A stretch of 64,000 bases of DNA from Auanema rhodensis (Eukaryota; Animalia; Nematoda). Position numbers and translations under genes: made by a program. The stretch covers positions 3,658,001 through 3,722,000 of the forward strand of contig OZ059900.1 in the NCBI GenBank assembly GCA_964057225.1, given 5' to 3'. Of this stretch, positions 55,801 to 64,000 are shown piece by piece; within the stretch, counting starts at the first letter, position 1; the number at the start of each line of letters is the position of its first letter. The notes under the pieces were generated by a model, which saw only the letters and a list, made by a program, of their open reading frames with translations, was not told the origin of the DNA and searched no databases.

Positions 55801-58800
55801 ATGTTTAAATACTAATTTTCGCTCAAATAGCATTACTACACTAAGTATGGTCGTTTTTATGCCTTTAACACCATATACTCACCGATTTTTGCTACAAAAT
55901 CTGTAATACTTGTGAATTTTGATCATATTCGTTAAGATTCGAGAATCAAACACATAATACACGAAATAAGTCTATTTTTATGAGTTTACACTGATATTTA
56001 TTCATTTTGATCAAAAAAGGTCGAAAATAGAAAGAATTTTTGAAATTTCCGAGTTTTGAGTCCAATTTGGCTAAATCGCTCATATATATGATCAAAAGCA
56101 TAGTTTTATTGTCTATAACAACAAAAGTCATCAATTAAACGCTAGTGATGTTTTAATACTGAATTTCGCTCAAATAGCATTACTACACTAAGTATGGTCG
56201 TTTTTATGCCTTTAACACCATATACTCACCGATTTTTGGTACAAAATCTGTAATACTCGTAAATTTTGATCATATTGGGTGAGATTCGAGAATCAAACAC
56301 ACAATACACGAAATAAGTTTATTTTTACGAGTTTGCACTGATATATATTCATTTTGATCAAAAAAGGTCGAAAATAGAAAGAATTTTTGAAATTTCCGAG
56401 TTTTGAGTCTAATTTGGCTAAATCGCTCATATATATGATCAGAAGCATAGTTTTATGGTCTATGACAACAAAAGTCATCAATTAAACGCTAGTGATGTTT
56501 AAATACTGATTTTCGCTCAAATAGCATTACTACACTAAGTATGGTCGTTTTTATGCCTTTAACACCATATACTCACCGATTTTTGGTACAAAATCTGTAA
56601 TACTCGTAAATTTTGATCATATTTGTTAAGATTTGAGAATCAAACATACAATACACAAAATCAGTCTATTTTTATGAGCTTGCACTGATATATATTCATT
56701 TTGATCAAAAAAGCTCGAAAATAGAAAGAATTTTTGAAATTTCCGAGTTTTGAGTCTAATTTGGCTAAATCGCTCATATATATGATCAGAAGCATAGTTT
56801 TATTGTCTATGACAACAAAAGTCATTAATTAAACACTAATGATGTTTAAATACTGATTTTCGCTCAAATAGCATTACTACACTAAGTATGGTCGTTTTTA
56901 TGCCTTTAACACCATATACTCACCGATTTTTGGTACAAAATCTGTGATACTCGTAAATTTTGATCATATTCGGTGAGATTCGAGAATCAAACACACAATA
57001 CACGAAATAAGTTCATTTTTACGAGTTTGCACTGATATTTATTCATTTTGATCAAATAAGGTCGAAAATAGAAAGAATTTTTGAAATTTCCGAGTTTTGA
57101 GTCTAATTTGGCTAAATCGCTCATATATATGATCAAAAGCATAGTTTTATTGTCTATGACAACAAAAGTCATCAATTAAACGCTAGTGATGTTTAAATAC
57201 TGAATTTCGCTCAAATAGCATTACTACACTAAGTATGGTCGTTTTTATGCCTTTAACACCATATACTCACCGATTTTTGGTACAAAATCTGTAATACTCG
57301 TAAATTTTGATCATATTCGTTATGATTTGAGAATCAAACATACAATACACAAAATCAGTCTATTTTTATGAGCTTGCACTGATATATATTCATTTTGATC
57401 AAAAAAGGTCGAAAATAGAAAGAATTTTTGAAATTTCCGAGTTTTGAGTCTAATTTGGCTAAATCGCTCATTTATATGATCAAAAGCATAGTTTTATTGT
57501 CTATAACAACAAAAGTCATCAATTAAACGCTAGTGATGTTTTAATACTGAATTTCGCTCAAATAGCATTACTACACTAAGTATGGTCGTTTATATGCCTT
57601 TAACACCATATACTCACCGATTTTTGGTACAAAATCTGTGATACTCGTAAATTTTGATCATATTCGGTGAGATTCAAGAATCAAACACACAATACACAAA
57701 ATCAGTCTATGTTTATGAGCTTGCACTGATATATATTCATTTTGATCAAAAAAGGTCGAAAATAGAAAGAATTTTTGAAATTTCCGAGTTTTGAGTCTAA
57801 TTTGGCTAAATCGCTCATTTATATGATCAGAAGCAAAGTTTTATTGTCTATGACAACAAAAGTCATCAATTAAACGCTAGTGATGTTTAAATACTAATTT
57901 TCGCTCAAATAGCATTACTACACTAAGTATGGTCGTTTTTATGCCTTTAACACCATATACTCACCGATTTTTGGTACAAAATCTGTAATACTTGTAAATT
58001 TCGATCATATTCGTTAAGATTCGAGAATCAAACACATAATACACGAAATAAGTCTATTTTTATGAGTTTGCACTGATATTTATTCATTTTGATCAAAAAA
58101 GGTCGAAAATAGAAAGAATTTTTGAATTTTCCGAGTTTTGAGTCTAATTTGGCTAAATCGCTCATATATATGATCAGAAGCATAGTTTTATGGTCTATGA
58201 CAACAAAAGTCATCAATTAAACGCTAGTGATGTTTAAATACTGATTTTCGCTCAAATAGCATTACTACACTAAGTATGGTCGTTTTTATGCCTTTAACAC
58301 CATATACTCACCGATTTTTGGTACAAAATCTGTGATACTCGTAAATTTTGATCATATTCGGTGAGATTCGAGAATCAAACACACAATACACGAAATCAGT
58401 CTATGTTTATGAGCTTGCACTGATATATATTCATTTTGATCAAAAAAGGTCGAAAATAGAAAGAATTTTTGAAATTTCCGAGTTTTGAGTCTAATTTGGC
58501 TAAATCGCTCATTTATATGATCAGAAGCAAAGTTTTATTGTCTATGACAACAAAAGTCATCAATTAAACGCTAGTGATGTTTAAATACTAATTTTCGCTC
58601 AAATAGCATTACTACACTAAGTATGGTCGTTTTTATGCCTTTAACACCATATACTCACCGATTTTTGGTACAAAATCTGTAATACTTGTAAATTTCGATC
58701 ATATTCGTTAAGATTCGAGAATTAAACACATAATACACAAAATCAGTCTATTTTCATGAGCTTGCACTGATATATATTCATTTTGATCAAAAAAGCTCGA

Positions 58801-61800
58801 AAATAGAAAGAATTTTTGAAATTTCCGAGTTTTGAGTCTAATTTGGCTAAATCGCTCATTTATATGATCAGAAGCAAAGTTTTATTGTCTATGACAACAA
58901 AAGTCATCAATTAAACGCTAGTGATGTTTAAATACTAATTTTCGCTCAAATAGCATTACTACACTAAGTATGGTCGTTTTTATGCCTTTAACACCATATA
59001 CTCACCGATTTTTGCTACAAAATCTGTAATACTTGTGAATTTTGATCATATTCGTTAAGATTCGAGAATCAAACACATAATACACGAAATAAGTCTATTT
59101 TTATGAGTTTACACTGATATTTATTCATTTTGATCAAAAAAGGTCGAAAATAGAAAGAATTTTTGAAATTTCCGAGTTTTGAGTCCAATTTGGCTAAATC
59201 GCTCATATATATGATCAAAAGCATAGTTTTATTGTCTATAACAACAAAAGTCATCAATTAAACGCTAGTGATGTTTTAATACTGAATTTCGCTCAAATAG
59301 CATTACTACACTAAGTATGGTCGTTTTTATGCCTTTAACACCATATACTCACCGATTTTTGGTACAAAATCTGTGATACTCGTAAATTTTGATCATATTT
59401 GTTAAGATTCGAAAATCAAACACACAATACACGAAATAAGTTTATTTTTACAAGTTTGCACTGATATTTATTCATTTTGATCAAAAAAGGTCGAAAATAG
59501 AAAGAATTTTTGAAATTTCCGAGTTTTGAGTCTAATTTGGCTAAATCGCTCATATATATGATCAGAAGCATAGTTTTATTGTCTATGACAACAAAAGTCA
59601 TTAATTAAACACTAATGATGTTTAAATCACTAAATTTCGCTCAAATAGCATTACTACACTAAGTATGGTCGTTTTTATGCCTTTAACACCATATACTCAC
59701 CGATTTTTGGTACAAAATCTGTAATACTCGTAAATTTTGATCATATTCGTTAAGATTTGAGAATCAAACACACAATACACAAAATCAGTCTATTTTTATG
59801 AGCTTGCACTGATATATATTCATTTTGATCAAAAAAGGTCGAAAATAGAAAGAATTTTTGAAATTTCCGAGTTTTGAGTCTAATTTGGCTAAATCGCTCA
59901 TATATATGATCAGAAGCATAGTTTTATGGTCTATGACAACAAAAGTCATCAATTAAACGCTAGTGATGTTTAAATACTGATTTTCGCTCAAATAGCATTA
60001 CTACACTAAGTATGGTCGTTTTTATGCCTTTAACACCATATACTCACCGATTTTTGGTACAAAATCTGTAATACTCGTAAATTTTGATCATATTTGTTAA
60101 GATTTGAGAATCAAACATACAATACACAAAATCAGTCTATTTTTATGAGCTTGCACTGATATATATTCATTTTGATCAAAAAAGCTCGAAAATAGAAAGA
60201 ATTTTTGAAATTTCCGAGTTTTGAGTCTAATTTGGCTAAATCGCTCATATATATGATCAGAAGCATAGTTTTATTGTCTATGACAACAAAAGTCATTAAT
60301 TAAACACTAATGATGTTTAAATCACTAAATTTCGCTCAAATAGCATTACTACACTAAGTATGGTCGTTTTTATGCCTTTAACACCATATACTCACCGATT
60401 TTTGGTACAAAATCTGTGATACTCGTAAATTTTGATCATATTCGGTGAGATTCAAGAATCAAACACACAATACACAAAATCAGTCTATGTTTATGAGCTT
60501 GCACTGATATATATTCATTTTGATCAAAAAAGGTCGGAAATAGAAAGAATTTTTGAAATTTCCGAGTTTTGAGTCTAATTTGGCTAAATCGCTCATTTAT
60601 ATGATCAGAAGCAAAGTTTTATTGTCTATGACAACAAAAGTCATCAATTAAACGCTAGTGATGTTTAAATACTAATTTTCGCTCAAATAGCATTACTACA
60701 CTAAGTATGGTCGTTTTTATGCCTTTAACACCATATACTCACCGATTTTTGGTACAAAATCTGTAATACTTGTAAATTTCGATCATATTCGTTAAGATTC
60801 GAGAATCAAACACATAATACACGAAATAAGTCTATTTTTATGAGTTTGCACTGATATTTATTCATTTTGATCAAAAAAGGTCGAAAATAGAAAGAATTTT
60901 TGAATTTTCCGAGTTTTGAGTCCAATTGGGCTAAATCGCTCATATATATGATCAAAAACATAGTTTTATTGTCTATAACAACAAAAGTCATCAATTAAAC
61001 GCTAGTGATGTTTAAATACTGATTTTCGCTCAAATAGCATTACTACACTAAGTATGGTCGTTTTTATGCCTTTAACACCATATACTCACCGATTTTTGGT
61101 ACAAAATCTGTGATACTCGTAAATTTTGATCATATTCGGTGAGATTCGAGAATCAAACACACAATACACGAAATAAGTTCATTTTTACGAGTTTGCACTG
61201 ATATTTATTCATTTTGATCAAAAAAGGTCGAAAATAGAAAGAATTTTTGAAATTTCCGAGTTTTGAGTCTAATTTGGCTAAATCGCTCATATATAAGATC
61301 AAAAGCATAGTTTTATTGTCTATGACAACAAAAGTCATCAATTAAACGCTAGTGATGTTTAAATACTGAATTTCGCTCAAATAGCATTACTACACTAAGT
61401 ATGGTCGTTTTTATGCCTTTAACACCATATACTCACCGATTTTTGGTACAAAATCTGTAATACTCGTAAATTTTGATCATATTCGTTAAGATTTGAGAAT
61501 CAAACATACAATACACAAAATCAGTCTATTTTTATGAGCTTGCACTGATATATATTCATTTTGATCAAAAAAGCTCGAAAATAGAAAGAATTTTTGAAAT
61601 TTCCGAGTTTTGAGTCTAATTTGGCTAAATCGCTCATTTATATGATCAGAAGCAAAGTTTTATTGTCTATGACAACAAAAGTCATCAATTAAACGCTAGT
61701 GATGTTTAAATACTAATTTTCGCTCAAATAGCATTACTACACTAAGTATGGTCGTTTTTATGCCTTTAACACCATATACTCACCGATTTTTGCTACAAAA

Positions 61801-64000
61801 TCTGTAATACTTGTGAATTTTGATCATATTCGTTAAGATTCGAGAATCAAACACATAATACACGAAATAAGTCTATTTTTATGAGTTTACACTGATATTT
61901 ATTCATTTTGATCAAAAAAGGTCGAAAATAGAAAGAATTTTTGAAATTTCCGAGTTTTGAGTCCAATTTGGCTAAATCGCTCATATATATGATCAAAAGC
62001 ATAGTTTTATTGTCTATAACAACAAAAGTCATCAATTAAACGCTAGTGATGTTTAAATACTGATTTTCGCTCAAATAGCATTACTACACTAAGTATGGTC
62101 GTTTTTATGCCTTTAACACCATATACTCACCGATTTTTGGTACAAAATCTGTAATACTCGTAAATTTCGATCATATTCGTTAAGATTTGAGAATCAAACA
62201 CACAATACACAAAATCAGTCTATTTTTATAAGCTTGCACTAATATATATTCATTTTGATCAAAAAAGGTCGAAAATAGAAAGAATTTTTGAAATTTCCGA
62301 GTTTTCAGTCTAATTTGGCTAAATCGCTCATATATATGATCAGAAGCATAGTTTTATGGTCTATGACAACAAAAGTCATCAATTAAACGCTAGTGATGTT
62401 TAAATACTGATTTTCGCTCAAATAGCATTACTACACTAAGTATGGTCGTTTTTATGCCTTTAACACCATATACTCACCGATTTTTGGTACAAAATCTGTG
62501 ATACTCGTAAATTTTGATCATATTCGGTGAGATTCGAGAATCAAACACACAATACACGAAATAAGTTTATTTTTACGAGTTTGCACTGATATTTATTCAT
62601 TTTGATCAAAAAAGGTCGAAAATAGAAAGAATTTTTGAAATTTCCGAGTTTTGAGTCCAATTGGGCTAAATCGCTCATATATATGATCAAAAGCATAGTT
62701 TTACTGTCTATGATAACAAAAGTCATCAATTAAACGCTAGTGATGTTTAAATACTAATTTTCGCTCAAATAGCATTACTACACTAAGTATGGTCGTTTTT
62801 ATGCCTTTAACACCATATACTCACCGATTTTTGGTACAAAATCTGTAATACTCGTAAATTTCGATCATATTCGTTAAGATTTGAGAATCAAACACACAAT
62901 ACACAAAATCAGTCTATTTTTATAAGCTTGCACTAATATATATTCATTTTGATCAAAAAAGGTCGAAAATAGAAAGAATTTTTGAAATTTCCGAGTTTTG
63001 AGTCTAATTTGGCTAAATCGCTCATATATATGATCAGAAGCATAGTTTTATGGTCTATGACAACAAAAGTCATCAATTAAACGCTAGTGATGTTTAAATA
63101 CTGATTTTCGCTCAAATAGCATTACTACACTAAGTATGGTCGTTTTTATGCCTTTAACACCATATACTCACCGATTTTTGGTACAAAATCTGTGATACTC
63201 GTAAATTTTGATCATATTCGGTGAGATTCGAGAATCAAACACACAATACACGAAATAAGTTTATTTTTACGAGTTTGCACTGATATTTATTCATTTTGAT
63301 CAAAAAAGGTCGAAAATAGAAAGAATTTTTGAAATTTCCGAGTTTTGAGTCCAATTGGGCTAAATCGCTCATATATATGATCAAAAGCATAGTTTTACTG
63401 TCTATGATAACAAAAGTCATCAATTAAACGCTAGTGATGTTTAAATACTAATTTTCGCTCAAATAGCATTACTACACTAAGTATGGTCGTTTTTATGCCT
63501 TTAACACCATATACTCACCGATTTTTGGTACAAAATCTGTAATACTTGTAAATTTCGATCATATTCGGTGAGATTCGAGAATCAAACACACAATACACGA
63601 AATAAGTTTATTTTTACGAGTTTGCACTGATATTTATTCATTTTGATCAAAAAAGGTCGAAAATAGAAAGAATTTTTGAAATTTCCGAGTTTTGAGTCTA
63701 ATTTGGCTAAATCGCTCATATATATGATCAAAAGCATAGTTTTATTGTCTATGACAACAAAAGTCATCAATTAAACGCTAGTGATGTTTAAATACTGAAT
63801 TTCGCTCAAATAGCATTACTACACTAAGTATGGTCGTTTTTATGCCTTTAACACCATATACTCACCGATTTTTGGTACAAAATCTGTAATACTCGTAAAT
63901 TTTGATCATATTCGTTAAGATTTGAGAATAAAACATACAATACACAAAATCAGTCTATTTTTATGAGCTTGCACTGATATATATTTATTTTGATCAAAAA
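49838..64000 (-). repeat. Tandem satellite array, right arm part 2 (inverted; continues beyond the window end)
   Basis: The monomer resumes in exact register after the TA duplication (TATGATCAGAAGCATAG...), with about 347-bp periodicity to the window end. Confidence 0.98.
53760..59380 (-). repeat. Higher-order repeat: 9-monomer unit (3,123 bp), about 1.8 copies
   Basis: ORFs 53864/56987, 54905/58028 and 55946/59069; variants AAATAAGGTC (about 53931/57054) and TTTCATGAG (about 55630/58753). Confidence 0.88.

Noticed and set aside
511-63770. About 80 near-identical 61-101 aa ORFs (MKFSDLHII.../MMTFVVIDNK...) suggesting a tandem micro-protein gene family
   Set aside because: They are one reading frame of the satellite monomer. 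Most use GTG/TTG starts in a eukaryotic context, many monomers carry stops (GACTGA, ATATAA) or a frameshifting indel, most variants change amino acids, and there is no recognisable domain.
32572-64000. Inversion as a fold-back chimeric-read or assembly artefact
   Set aside because: A fold-back would give a mirror image, but the arms differ in alleles and HOR structure from the first monomer onward, and the junction has a structured templated insert. A misjoin of two arrays cannot be fully excluded without reads.

Overview
This window is eukaryotic heterochromatin-type DNA, not a gene-rich or prokaryotic locus. About 97% of it is one AT-rich tandem satellite with a 347/348-bp monomer (roughly 180 copies). 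The array runs in one orientation from 1 to about 32,571 and in the opposite orientation from about 32,882 to 64,000. The switch is a complex junction: a 239-bp direct duplication that contains the inversion breakpoint itself, separated by a 71-bp patchwork of short locally templated fragments, two of them joined at microhomologies. The two arms carry different diagnostic alleles and different local higher-order repeats, so the inversion is not a simple mirror image. The only real gene is an apparently intact Tc3-like (Tc1/mariner, DD34E) transposase of 329 aa with a 45-bp intron. It lies in a 1,550-bp element with 29-bp TIRs and a TA duplication (48,288-49,837) inserted into a palindrome of one satellite monomer. 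The roughly 80 short repeated ORFs are by-products of the satellite. The monomer appears to be a degenerate trimer of about 116-bp subunits, with a nearly invariant 72-bp box and many polymorphisms at CpG sites. A nematode-like invertebrate host is suggested but not proven. I found no evidence for a new protein-coding system; the novelty here is structural.
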